Assembly (NCBI GenBank): GCA_937911445.1
Contig: CALDQY010000189.1
Coordinates: 185-64,184 of the forward strand
Direction of reading: 5' to 3'
Length of the DNA: 64,000 bases
Source of the DNA: an uncultured Rhodobiaceae bacterium
GTDB taxonomy: Archaea > Thermoplasmatota > Poseidoniia > Poseidoniales > Poseidoniaceae
Below, one piece after another: positions 39,101 to 49,500 of the stretch (positions within the stretch are counted from its first letter, which is position 1; every line of letters starts with the position of its first letter). The position numbers were made by a program, and so were the translations under genes. Below the pieces are notes generated by a model. The model saw only the letters and a list, made by a program, of their open reading frames with translations. It was not told the DNA's origin and did not search any database.

Positions 39101-39252
39101 TTTTCGTTACACTCGAGAAACTTGGAATCGGAGTTGTCGGTGGACCTTCTGCAATGTCAAGACGATTGGGACTTGGTAAAATGAAAGCAGATGACCCAGA
39201 CGTTTTGGAAGCCGTTCTCATCCACGAACCGAGCAACAAAGAAGCGTGGTGA
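36190..39252 (+). CDS. MMPL/RND-family transporter
   Basis: Two repeats of (TM, large loop, 5 TM); LGVSYGLH...RY.EE, TG.AV..SA.TT..GF, G.GVDFSIH. Confidence 0.9.
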   Translation: MPEDAEDTTSSHGEEDVGRIQAIADYSRERVRVASVDISARVRDFDAKKAVDAVLEAPKRLKREWQKTGATGVITRFPIATVALFLMITLYFVTTSGFLDDTQFDDDPNEPALNVNGDMEVYLPDGSEVKELIEMVEADWTTNVMVIYIESDKNNITDQRILQEISYVEKSINPYVSDNESDDVIYILSISTVLKEINSSLPRVRDAFITELGRQCPSFQEVCENFAASVNTALSAGDDQFAGGYEIPSQTTIDLIIGEMYENDGSPTPGLDKLARNTNACSGQPNDEGTDDNGCFDGEDLKLDRAIMAVAVVDSIEAKDIIEATQQRLDNISTEQRPCEFDQNGNPASADRCTWDDLGLKMTLTGPVPITNSVTEFSFRLFWEIFPLAVVLVAIGLFVFHSDLLQAGISGIRPIQGIKVVIIAGLPTLCAVFWTLGIIGASNYEVTMTVIIVGPILLALGVSYGLHITNRYAEEEGSRTEKMQASMKSTGRAVFLSAVTTVIGFISLIFTPMAPIKTVGIALSGGIVIVYILTMFMVPNLTLILDLRKPKHPPLKVFDAAVDVPVKRNRSLIAFFLILVFVSATLGQSNVEENIDLLGMAPEGEQPVIKMKQYSREFNAGQIGMVLVHANVSGDVTDNDPTNDDPAQNLKIIDGLERNLNTVENASAVSVVFLMKATGLAPTLSGQPLLAQIQEIPGYDILPEDVRNTFEVLLDQEVTQGATFWDLLTTPEEFGLPGSTQSQIFLLDVFYSSLTKEMREIFINSDYDRTLIYIDMPFIPVADTAVAVDQINEYSEGFQGTHQERAEKLTGVAATAIEVNKLIVDSQWTSLGFAIVLTLIVLAVVFRDIRYSLLTTSPVIATVALQWLVMWQMDVPLSLVTVMIGSILVGVGVDFSIHIANRIRELGGGIEAIRSAAVGTGMSLFEAAVVTSLGMFTAYQIPIPEIKPFVTVILILLWVAAASALLLLPAIFVTLEKLGIGVVGGPSAMSRRLGLGKMKADDPDVLEAVLIHEPSNKEAW

Positions 39253-39293
39253 AGCCAAGCAAAGGGATAAGACCTGTATTCCTACCAACAAAC

Positions 39294-39773
39294 ATGGTCA
39301 AGTACTGGTTGATGAAGTCCGAACTCGACGTCTATCCCTACGCACAACTTGTTGCTGATGGTAAGACGCATTGGGATGGAGTTCGCAATTACCAAGCAAG
39401 GAACATGATGCGTGACGAAATGAAGGTTGGAGATTTGATCCTTTACTATCATTCAAACTGCAAACCACCTCATGTTGCAGGGATCGCCAAAGTATGCAAT
39501 GAAGGGTATGGTGACTTCACATCTTGGGACTCCTCCTCAAAATACTTCGATGAGAAGTCAACTCCAGAAAATCCGAGATGGTTCATGGTCGATATTGAGC
39601 CTGTATGTGAACTCCAAAACATCGTCTCATTGGATGCTGTGCGACAAGAAGAAGCACTTGCAGATATGTTGCTAATACGAAGAGGGCAACGACTTTCGAT
39701 TCAGCCAGTCAAAGAAAACGAATTCCGACACATCTGCAGTATGGGTGGTGTTGACCCATCCAAAATTGAGTGA
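39294..39773 (+). CDS. EVE-domain (thymocyte nuclear protein 1-like) protein
   Basis: YWLMKSE, WDGVRNYQARN, GD...YYHS, YFD.KS....PRW..VD, RLS.QPV. Confidence 0.92.
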   Translation: MVKYWLMKSELDVYPYAQLVADGKTHWDGVRNYQARNMMRDEMKVGDLILYYHSNCKPPHVAGIAKVCNEGYGDFTSWDSSSKYFDEKSTPENPRWFMVDIEPVCELQNIVSLDAVRQEEALADMLLIRRGQRLSIQPVKENEFRHICSMGGVDPSKIE

Positions 39774-39782
39774 AGTGATTCC

Positions 39783-40994
39783 ATGCAACACATAAGCGCA
39801 ACAGATCGTGCTCTCAACATAGAGTACGCCATTCGCGATGTGGTTGTTCCTGCTACAAAACTCGAAGCACAAGGTCACTCCATTATCAAGCTCAACATCG
39901 GTGATCCAATCGCATACCCGGGATTGCCAACCCCTTCACACATGGTCGAAGCCTTCGTCAAAGCGCTGAACGACGGAAAGAATGGTTACTCGCCGTCCTA
40001 TGGTTTACCAGAATTACGTACTGCGATTGCGAACGATGAACGAACAAAGGGTTGGCCTGCTTCAGCGGATGATGTCTACGTTTGTCACGGTGTAACAGAA
40101 GCACTGCAAGTCCTCTTCCAGGCTACGTTGGATGAAGGTAGCCAAGTCCTTGCTCCAGGTCCACACTATCCTCCTTACATGGCGTATCCTCAAATGTACG
40201 GTGCTGAAACAATTGAATACCGATTAAATTCCGATGATGGATGGTCGCTTGATTTTGATGACATTGAGTCAAAGATGAACGATGATGTTCGACTGTTTGT
40301 TCTAATCAATCCAAACAATCCAACAGGTGCAGTGGTCGGTCAAGAAGAAATTGATCGGTTGCTACAGATTCTGAAACCGTGGCCAAATTGTATTCTCGTC
40401 GCGGATGAAATCTATGATGGTCTTGATTTTTCAAACCGTCAAGTAAGTGCAGCAAGCCGATCTGATTCAATTCCAGTAGTAACCATGAACGGTGTCTCAA
40501 AGGTCTACTATGCACCAGGATGGAGGATTGGATACATGGCAATTCACGACCCAACGTCTGTTTTGTCCTCAGTCCGAGATGGTGTTGAACGAATCCTTCG
40601 TTCACGACTTTGTGCATCCACTCCAGCACAACTAGGATTCTTGGCTGGTTTACAAGAAGACCGCTCATGGATGAAGGAATATTCCAAAACTGTGCAAGAA
40701 CGTCGAGATGTCTGTCTCCAACGTATTTCTGGGATTGAGGGGCTTGAAGTTGAAACACCAGAGGGTGCATTCTACATGTTCGTTCGACTAACGGACGAGC
40801 ATTGGAGAGAAAACGACAAGCAGTTTGTCCTCCAATTGTTGCATGAGGAACATGTATTGCTCGTTCACGGTTCTGGGTTCAGCCAAGACAAAGGAAAAGG
40901 ACACGTACGGCTCGTTTTCTTGCCTGATGTTGCAACTCTTCACACAGCGTTTGACCGTATCGACGCCTTCTTGCAAAGACACCGTAATGCGTGA
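39783..40994 (+). CDS. Class I/II PLP aminotransferase (alanine aminotransferase-like)
   Basis: YAIRD, LNIGDP, INPNNPTG, ADEIYD, NG.SK....PGWR.G, P.GAFY. Confidence 0.88.
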   Translation: MQHISATDRALNIEYAIRDVVVPATKLEAQGHSIIKLNIGDPIAYPGLPTPSHMVEAFVKALNDGKNGYSPSYGLPELRTAIANDERTKGWPASADDVYVCHGVTEALQVLFQATLDEGSQVLAPGPHYPPYMAYPQMYGAETIEYRLNSDDGWSLDFDDIESKMNDDVRLFVLINPNNPTGAVVGQEEIDRLLQILKPWPNCILVADEIYDGLDFSNRQVSAASRSDSIPVVTMNGVSKVYYAPGWRIGYMAIHDPTSVLSSVRDGVERILRSRLCASTPAQLGFLAGLQEDRSWMKEYSKTVQERRDVCLQRISGIEGLEVETPEGAFYMFVRLTDEHWRENDKQFVLQLLHEEHVLLVHGSGFSQDKGKGHVRLVFLPDVATLHTAFDRIDAFLQRHRNA

Positions 40995-41041
40995 TGAATG
41001 ACGGCGAAGTATTCATGATGAATAATCACAGGGTTCGCTAT

Positions 41042-44000
41042 ATGCGGAAGGTATTCCTGGGCAGTGTCCTTGTTATCTTGGGACTCCTTCCACAAGTTTC
41101 AGCCTCAACGGTTGCACAGCCAACAGATTTTGATGTGGCTTATCTTTATCCTCTCTTGTCTGCTCTTTTTGTTGCAGCCCTCTTGTGGAAATTTTTCGTA
41201 CCACGACAACTCTCTGCCCTGCAAGTAGCCTTTGAGATTGACGACAATCTCTACGAAGTTCATCGATTGACACGAACCATTGAAGATGCTCGAGAAATCC
41301 TACAACAAGGACGTGTGGCTTTTGGTGTCGGACTTTACATGATGGGGATGCTTGGCGTTCTCCTATTGATTTCTGAACTTATTTTCCAACCAGATGTTTA
41401 TTTCGAGCCGAACCTGTGGATCATCGGTTTGTTTGTCCTTCTTCCCATTCTCATCTCTCCTTGGGAAACCATGAACGCTCAACTGGCCGGTAAAGGTGAC
41501 ACGAGAATCGGTGCAACCTCGATTGGTGTCGGTGTTCGACGTATTCTCACGCTTTCCATACTCCTGTTTGCTACCATGATTGCGCTCTTTTATGGCATGA
41601 ACCAAAACGACGGAAAAATTACTCCGGTCTGGTTAGCGATTACCATGTTGGTCTTTATGGCGCCAACAATCCTTGCATACGGTCGTATCATGGGTGCATC
41701 TTGGAACATGTTGCTTGTGAACAAGTGGAGGACTGCGAACGGTCGAAAGAATCCTATCGATCCTGACAAACCATCCTTTGTCAACCGATTGTTCTCCTTG
41801 CTCCTTGTTTTATTTTTGATTACCATGCCAGTCACGGCTCTGAATGGTATTGTTACCGTGTTCCACGTTCTCTACAACAGTCCAAACAACAGTGAAGATA
41901 TCTTGAACTTTGGTGGAATCATTGGTCACTCCATTTATGTGCGAATCGATCTTATTTCCGAATTTTTGTTCCATTGGGAATTCATTAAATCCATGCCTCA
42001 ATTCCTGTCGTTCTATCTTTCGTTGAACATTGCGATTGTTGGTCTTGCGTTTATTTTTGAACTTACAAGAAACTTGATTCTCGGAGGGCAGACATTTGGT
42101 GGAATGTTTGGTGTTACGCTTGATACACCGCGTGAAATTCGTACCGAAGAAGCTGCACAAGGGCGTCAAATTTCATTTGCATTTGCTGGATTTTCTGGTT
42201 ATACTGTGCTCCTCCTCCTCCTTGTTTGCTACAAGGAATTCGGGGACCTCATGCCGTTTACTTCCGACTTGGAAAATCGAGGTTTTAACGAAGAAATGCG
42301 GTTGCTCGCGACATGGATGTTTATTGCAGTTGGTAACGCTGTCTTCCTTTTCACTTGGTTGTTATCGGTTGCACGATTGTCACCTCTTCGCCAAATTCGC
42401 TTTGATCTGGATCCTGAGGAACGACGTGAAGGCGCTGTCATGTTGGCTGGTGGTGATTGGATGCGTGAGTACATCGATAACGCTGCTCTCCAAGAAGATC
42501 TCGACGCCCTCATTCGTTTCCAAAAACAATCAATCGAAGGTGACCAATCTTTGGTTCGTCATGAAAAAGCACGTGCAAAAATGTGGTCCTGTGCCATTCG
42601 TGGATTGTGGCCAAAATCCATCGAAGAAGCGAAGAAAGTGCTCGCTCAATCAGGCGGCGACGATGACGAGGCAAGGATGTTGATTGCAACCGGCTACATT
42701 GCGACACGTCGATTGGATGCAGCACGAGGTGCATTGCGTGGCTTGCAACAACCTGAAGGATACGATGAGCCTGAGCTTCTGGCGTTCATTTGTGAATGGA
42801 TTGATCCATGGCACGGTAGTGTTGACGAGGATGACTTGTGGGATTGGGAGAACAATTCGACCATCGACCACCTAAACGAAAAGATGCGGATGCTTCGATA
42901 TTGGTCGCCTACGTTTTCCAAAGAAGCCACACAGCACAAAGACCGAATCTCTCTGGTCTCATCGATCTCCAATGTTGCCACTCTACGCATGCAAAGAAAA
43001 CACGAAGAAGCCTTGGAATTGGCTTTGGAATCTGTCAAGCAAGATCCGCTTGGGGTTCGACCTCGTATTGCTGCAGCATTGTGTCTGCTCGACCGGGGCG
43101 ATTGGCATCAAGCCCTCTCAATTTACAAAGAACTGCGTGAAAGCGATGTCAATGACCCTCGTGTCAAGGCTCTCTCTGTTATACTCGGTCATGAAGCAGA
43201 TGCAGAAGACATTGAGGTTTCATTGGTTCTCGAAAAAGGAAAGTCCTTGCGGCGATGGCTCGATGATGCTCCGGTGAATCCAGTAGCAGGTTTAGCCACG
43301 AAAGGTGGAATTGATGAAGCCATCAACGCCAACATTATGATCGTCAACCACGAAGCGGTTCGCAGAGGTATGACGCCACGTTATTCATCATCGCTCGTTC
43401 ATCGAATTGTTCAATTCTTCCTGTTACCTATGATCTTCGTAGTTGCAGGTATCGGTCTGGACTCCATCTATGGACCTGCTGAGGGTGCCGTTGCTACTGT
43501 GACGTTGTTTGTTCTTCAATTTGGAATGCACCGCTTTAATCGACAACAACGCAAACAAATCAAACACCGAGATCAACGGTCCTTGGTTCAGTATGCAAAA
43601 ATGATGAAACGTTCGAAGGTTAAACCTAGTCGAGATAACATTCCCGTAGGAACACATCTCTTGCTGTCTGGCATCCTTGTAACTGTCAACGGTGTTGTCT
43701 TGGATATTGGTCTCCCTGGATGGTTGACGGAACGTTTGCCCAAGGATTCCGATAAGACGATTCGATCGAGATTGAAGCGTAATGCGCTTTCAATTTCCAA
43801 AAACCGACCAGGTAAGCTCTCTATTCTTTCTTCAGGATGGTGGCTGAAGAGGCCAAAAGAAGAAGATTCAGACACGCCTGCTCTCGAACGGTTGATTGGT
43901 CCTGTTGCCTATCGAGGCCGACAAGCCATGGTCCAGAAAAAGACCACAGCACTCAACCGCTCGACAGGCATTGGTCCGAGTCGAGCGCCTGTTTCTGACC

Positions 44001-44089
44001 TGAATCTCTCCAGTCGTAATGTTCCGACACATACCATCGCAAGTGAACGCTCCACATACTCTGGTCCAAGAAGGCCAAGTCAGCGTTGA
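41042..44089 (+). CDS. Large polytopic membrane protein with a soluble TPR-like region
   Basis: About 9 N-terminal TM segments, helical TPR-like repeats, 2 further TM segments, basic tail. Confidence 0.7.
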   Translation: MRKVFLGSVLVILGLLPQVSASTVAQPTDFDVAYLYPLLSALFVAALLWKFFVPRQLSALQVAFEIDDNLYEVHRLTRTIEDAREILQQGRVAFGVGLYMMGMLGVLLLISELIFQPDVYFEPNLWIIGLFVLLPILISPWETMNAQLAGKGDTRIGATSIGVGVRRILTLSILLFATMIALFYGMNQNDGKITPVWLAITMLVFMAPTILAYGRIMGASWNMLLVNKWRTANGRKNPIDPDKPSFVNRLFSLLLVLFLITMPVTALNGIVTVFHVLYNSPNNSEDILNFGGIIGHSIYVRIDLISEFLFHWEFIKSMPQFLSFYLSLNIAIVGLAFIFELTRNLILGGQTFGGMFGVTLDTPREIRTEEAAQGRQISFAFAGFSGYTVLLLLLVCYKEFGDLMPFTSDLENRGFNEEMRLLATWMFIAVGNAVFLFTWLLSVARLSPLRQIRFDLDPEERREGAVMLAGGDWMREYIDNAALQEDLDALIRFQKQSIEGDQSLVRHEKARAKMWSCAIRGLWPKSIEEAKKVLAQSGGDDDEARMLIATGYIATRRLDAARGALRGLQQPEGYDEPELLAFICEWIDPWHGSVDEDDLWDWENNSTIDHLNEKMRMLRYWSPTFSKEATQHKDRISLVSSISNVATLRMQRKHEEALELALESVKQDPLGVRPRIAAALCLLDRGDWHQALSIYKELRESDVNDPRVKALSVILGHEADAEDIEVSLVLEKGKSLRRWLDDAPVNPVAGLATKGGIDEAINANIMIVNHEAVRRGMTPRYSSSLVHRIVQFFLLPMIFVVAGIGLDSIYGPAEGAVATVTLFVLQFGMHRFNRQQRKQIKHRDQRSLVQYAKMMKRSKVKPSRDNIPVGTHLLLSGILVTVNGVVLDIGLPGWLTERLPKDSDKTIRSRLKRNALSISKNRPGKLSILSSGWWLKRPKEEDSDTPALERLIGPVAYRGRQAMVQKKTTALNRSTGIGPSRAPVSDLNLSSRNVPTHTIASERSTYSGPRRPSQR

Positions 44090-44142
44090 ATTCCTGTTGG
44101 TCGTTTCACAGAATTCATGAACCTCGTCGCCTAGCGTATGGC

Positions 44143-45435
44143 ATGGGAAATCTCTCTCCACGTGATTCGGTGAACGCAGTCCTCGATGCATCTGCGAAAA
44201 GTGCACGATTGTATGGGCACGGCCTCGGCATGATTGCATCTGAAAACATCATTTCACCCAATGTTAAACGAGCAATAAATTCCGATCTTCATGGGAGATA
44301 TGCAGAAGGGTTGCCAGGTAAGAGGTACTATCAAGGCTGCGATGATTTCGACACAATCGAGGACATTGGAATCAATCTAGCAAAGAAGGTTTTTCAAGCA
44401 AATTTTGCCAACATTCAATCTACCTCGGGCACCGTTTCGAACATTGGTGCATTGAAAGCTCTTGCAAAACCGGGTGATGCAATCACCGCCGTTTCAACCG
44501 CCGATGGTGGACACATTTCCCATGCTCGGATGGGTGCTGTAGGATTACGTGATCTCAACGTTTCCACGTATCCATGGGATGAGGATAGGATGGAACCCGA
44601 TGTCGATGCTTCTTGTGCTCTCATTCGCGAAGTAAAGCCCCAAATTACATTGGTTGGACAATCGGTGTTTCTGTTCCCTACGCCGTTGAAAGAGTTAGCC
44701 GATGCAGCGCATGAGGTAGGATCAACAGTGATGTACGACGGTGCCCATGTCCTCGGCCTTATCGCCGGTGGCGTATTCCAAGACCCGTTGCGTGAAGGTG
44801 CCGATATCATGACTGGATCGTCCCACAAAACCTTCCCTGGACCTCAAGGAGGATTTCTGCTATCATCAAGCGAAGATGCATCGTTTCATCGACGCCTGAA
44901 CAATGCAATGTTCCCCGGTGTGTGCTCCTCTTATCATTTGCACCACGTTGCAGGAAAAGTCGTTGCACTTGCTGAATTTGAGGCATTTGGTCAAGCCTAT
45001 GCAACTGATATTGTACGCAATGCAAAGGCCTTCGCTGAGTCACTCGCTGCAGAAGGTTTTGATGTTCTTGCCGAGTCAAGAGGCTACACGGCATCGCATC
45101 AGGTTCTCACGAGGCACGGCGATACCGATTCAGGAGCCGGTGCTGTCGCTGCGCGGAGGCTCGAGGATGCTGGCATAATTACAAACATGAACATGCTTCC
45201 TGGAGATACAAAGGCAATGTCCCCATCTGGATTACGCCTCGGCGTTCAAGAATTGACACGTGTCGGCATGGGCGTCAATGAAATGGCGGAAGTTGCATCG
45301 CTCTATGCACGAGTCTTGCTGAAACAGGAAGCGCCTGAGCTGGTCCGTAATGACGTTCAGCACTTGAAATCCGATTTCCAACATGTTCAGTACTGCTTTG
45401 ATTCCGAATCCATCCCTGCCTACGAAGGGATGTGA
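44143..45435 (+). CDS. glyA: Serine hydroxymethyltransferase
   Basis: IASEN, YAEG.PGKRYY.G, GGH.SH, YDGAH..GLIAGG, SSHKTFPGPQGG, SGLRLG. Confidence 0.95.
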   Translation: MGNLSPRDSVNAVLDASAKSARLYGHGLGMIASENIISPNVKRAINSDLHGRYAEGLPGKRYYQGCDDFDTIEDIGINLAKKVFQANFANIQSTSGTVSNIGALKALAKPGDAITAVSTADGGHISHARMGAVGLRDLNVSTYPWDEDRMEPDVDASCALIREVKPQITLVGQSVFLFPTPLKELADAAHEVGSTVMYDGAHVLGLIAGGVFQDPLREGADIMTGSSHKTFPGPQGGFLLSSSEDASFHRRLNNAMFPGVCSSYHLHHVAGKVVALAEFEAFGQAYATDIVRNAKAFAESLAAEGFDVLAESRGYTASHQVLTRHGDTDSGAGAVAARRLEDAGIITNMNMLPGDTKAMSPSGLRLGVQELTRVGMGVNEMAEVASLYARVLLKQEAPELVRNDVQHLKSDFQHVQYCFDSESIPAYEGM

Positions 45436-46451
45436 GGTTCATCGAACCAATCGTTACGTTGGACATCGTTCCAAAACGTGGCCAACTCATCCATCCATTG
45501 TTTGGTGAAGTCGTTCTTTGGAGACAGCACGAATTCCATACGTGGTGGAATCAGTTTGAAGCCATCATCGATCATCCACTGAGCCGCACATTCATCAATG
45601 GTGTCGTTGATTCTTTGGAGTTCAAGAACGCAATGCCTCGATTTGGGGGGTTGTTCCGGAAAAAGAAGTTCAAGAAAGAGTCTGATCGCATCGGCTGCCA
45701 ACTCGGTTGGGGTACCTTTCAATTTGAAAACCAAAACGTCGTTCAAAGCGCTCATCCATTGCTTTCAGTTGCATTGGGCCAGTACCTCCTAGAGGCGTAT
45801 CATGAACAGCGGTTCAAGGTTCGTTGGGTCGAACCAAGGCCTCAAACCGTACGGCTTGAAATCGAAGCGTCCCCTGACCTACCTCATCCAAAGCCTGTTG
45901 AATCTTTGCCTTGGTCAATCACCCAACAGATGAAAACCACAGATTCGTGGTTAATCCTCGACCGACACTCACAAAATGAATTGAACTTTGAAGGCGAACG
46001 TGTTGTGTTGATTCCTGTTGAATCGATGGACCGCTTCCTTTCTGGGTGTTTGCCATATGTTTCTCAACAAGATGTTCAGTGGTTCGATGCAGATTCATGC
46101 AAACTCGATTCATACGAGTATCTCTTGCGAGCAACCATACAATCGATATCGAGCATGTTTCTCAAAAGTGAACAACCTGTCTACATTATCGACGGGTCGA
46201 GCTGGGCTGCATACATCGAAAATTACATCTGCGAACGTGGATGGGGCAACGCACACGTCACGAGCTACGATACATCCGACTTTAGTTTGGAACTAACAAT
46301 ACCCATGCAAAGTCAACTCCCATTCACGATTGGATTGTTGTGCGGAATGTGGGAACGTGCTCATGGCAGAGCATACCGATTGTCGTTACGAATAGAAAGT
46401 GATACTTTTGTCCTTCAAATCCAATCTTTGCTTGACTATGAAAATCAGTGA
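45432..46451 (+). CDS. Hypothetical protein with two V4R-like modules
   Basis: Duplicated GE.V.l...GWG pattern and F..GLL.G.WE; GTGA overlap with the glyA stop. Confidence 0.6.
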   Translation: MRFIEPIVTLDIVPKRGQLIHPLFGEVVLWRQHEFHTWWNQFEAIIDHPLSRTFINGVVDSLEFKNAMPRFGGLFRKKKFKKESDRIGCQLGWGTFQFENQNVVQSAHPLLSVALGQYLLEAYHEQRFKVRWVEPRPQTVRLEIEASPDLPHPKPVESLPWSITQQMKTTDSWLILDRHSQNELNFEGERVVLIPVESMDRFLSGCLPYVSQQDVQWFDADSCKLDSYEYLLRATIQSISSMFLKSEQPVYIIDGSSWAAYIENYICERGWGNAHVTSYDTSDFSLELTIPMQSQLPFTIGLLCGMWERAHGRAYRLSLRIESDTFVLQIQSLLDYENQ

Positions 46452-46552
46452 TTGTCTCTGTATTTGCGTTCAATTTTTTGAGCAAACAAGGTCAAGGTTC
46501 ATAACCGAACCATGTCGTCGACAGAGTAGTCAAGAAGCGGAGGCTACATCCT

Positions 46553-49500
46553 ATGTCACTTAATCACAATCAAATGGCGTACGCAGCAATCATCTCAACC
46601 CTCATTTTCGGATCCCTCTTTGTGGGTGTCAGTGGGTTCTATCAAACATCATCGGGCGTCGGTGATTTTGATAGCGCTGCTGAGGAAGAGATTACACCTC
46701 AAATCGAAATTTCCTCCGGTGATGCAATCGACACTGATGGAGATGGTTTGCCCGATGTTTTGGAAGAGTCGCAGTACGGTACACTGAAAGACGATCCTGA
46801 TACGGATAATGACGGTATGAGTGATGGTTGGGAAGTTGCACACGGTCTAAACCCACTTGACAGTGGTGAAGCTGAAGAAGCTGAGGAAGAATCTGGTTCC
46901 ACAAACCAAGCCGATGGTGCAGAAGTAAGCAATGAAAGCGATTCGTGGCCTGACCCAACTCAAGGAAAGTACGGTGACCCTGACAACGATGGTCTTACCA
47001 ACGAGCAGGAAGCTGAATTAGGAACCGATCCTCAGCGAGCAGACACAGATAACGATGGTTTGAACGACCGTTGGGAATCGATATACACAATGAACGTTTC
47101 ATCACCAGACGGAACTGTAACACTGTTTAATCCTCTCTCTGGAAACTGGGATTGTTCACTCCTCAATGGCCCACTTGAGCAAACACTTGCAGACATCCTC
47201 GAAGGATTTGAGGGTGCACCAAGCTGGGAAGAATTGGAAAGTCCGCTCGGCCGACACTCCTGTGACCAAGTCCTTGATTTCGATGACGACGGTCTGCTCA
47301 ACTTCCAGGAGGAAGCATACGGTACGAACCCTGCTGCAAAGGATTCAGACAACGATATGCTCCCTGATATTCTGGAAGTGAACAATGCCAACATGATTCT
47401 CGATTTCCAGCTTGGTTCAAATTGTGGTGAACCTGTCATCACGCCTCCTTCACAACGTCTTCCAACCGCTGCTCCATTTGCTGATGAAGTGAGTGCATCG
47501 TGGTTCTTGTCGGACATGGACGGAGATGGCTATCTCAACGGACCAAGTGATTGGGACACCGATGGTGACGGAATGCCAGATGGATTCGAGTTTTGTTTCT
47601 CCTTCAAGGACAACCACCCATTCGGCGTCTCGAACCCACAGAAAGCCGTTTCTGAACTCCTCAGCCCATCCAATGCATCGGATGGATACAACGACTGGGA
47701 TGAAGACGGACTCAACAATCTTGAGGAGTATCAAGTCGCCCTCAAATTCGGTCTGGTAAACGGCCTGCCATCCTTCACATCACCTTGGACCGAAGACACA
47801 GACCAAGACGGCATGCCTGATGGTTGGGAAGCAAGTCAATACAACCGGACAACGCTTGAATATCCACTTAACCCACGCAACGCGAGCAATGCGAACGATG
47901 ACATCGATTTCGATGGATGGGATTCCGATGGTGATGGTGACGTCGTCTTTGATGATCTCGAACTCACGACAACTGTCGTCGATGTCTACGTTACGAAAGG
48001 TGATTACGTCACAGCAAACTCAACCGTTGCTCGTGGGCAATATACGCTCGGCGGTGGTAACAAGCAAACCGTCTATCTCGTTGCTCCTGTTGATGGCTAC
48101 GTTTACCACATCAACGTTGCACCGGGTGATCAAGTAGAATCCCGATTGTTCGTTTGGATGAACGTTGTTGAAGAATCGGAACGATTCACCAACTTGATGG
48201 AATATGAGGCTCGATTTGATGAAAACGGCAATGCTGTTGGACGCTCAACAGACCCTACACACGGAGATACGGATCTTGATGGTCTCCTAGACGGAATCGA
48301 AGTCGGTGGCTGGGAGATTCTGGTTGTCAACCGAGGTGTGCAATTGACATGGGTTGTTTCAGACCCAGGTCTTGCTGATACTGATTCGGATGGTCTTTCG
48401 GACTTTGTTGAGTTCTCCTCCGCTTGCGATGGTCAAGGATCCAACGCTTCCAACGTTGATACAGATGGTGACGGTGAAAGTGACCAGCAAGAAGCTGTAC
48501 TCGGCTACATTTTCAACGGTGAACAATACTTCACATCGGCTTGTATGTTTGACACCGACAACGATGGACTTGAAGATGGCGAGGAGGTTATCGCCGGTGC
48601 AGATAACTTCGTCACGCATGCCAACAATTCAGATACAGATGACGATGGTCTAATCGATGGCAACGAAATTCTGTTTGTTCCACGACCGTTCCAACACGAA
48701 ACCAATCCACTGATCAACGACACGGATGCTGACGGCATGCTTGATGGATGGGAAATGCAAGTCAAGTCTACTGAAGCCAACACCAATTCTCACTCTCTAT
48801 GGGTTGCTATCTCAAATTGGGATCGACCCGGATGCACTGAGAGTACATCCAACAGCTGTCTAATGGAACCGGGGGGCTATGTCTGGATCAATTGGCTCGG
48901 CGGCTTTGAGTTGCAAAAGAAGTACGAGGTTCACGAAATGAATCTTTCAGGATTTGACATGCCCGGTAACCCTCTCTGCGATGGATGTAAAGGACGTTGG
49001 GCTCTTGACCCCTCTCTCAATTCGTTGAAGGATGATACATACGATATTGACAACGATACGTTGCCGAATGGTGCTGAATCCCCTACAAACTGGAATACCA
49101 ACCCAGTCGACGATGATACCGATGGTGACAAACTTCCGGATGGTTGGGAAGTGCAATATTCGTACGAGGCAATCAACAACAATCTCGTTGATAATGCGAC
49201 GATCAATGCATATGGAGCTCGTGGTGTCATGGACCCTTCGATGGCAGACAGTGACCTTGACGGAATCAATGATGGAGAGGAAGATCCAGATCAGGATGGT
49301 CTCAACCGGACAGGACTGATCAAGAAATATTGCCCTGGTTACAATGATTCAACCAATGCTGAATGCAACATTGACCCTGATACACCTGACGGAATGAAGT
49401 TCTACAACAACCTCGAGAACTACACCAACTATGAGGAATTGCAAAACGGTACGAATCCTGTTAGCAATGACACAGATGGTGACGCTTGGGAAGACGGCCC

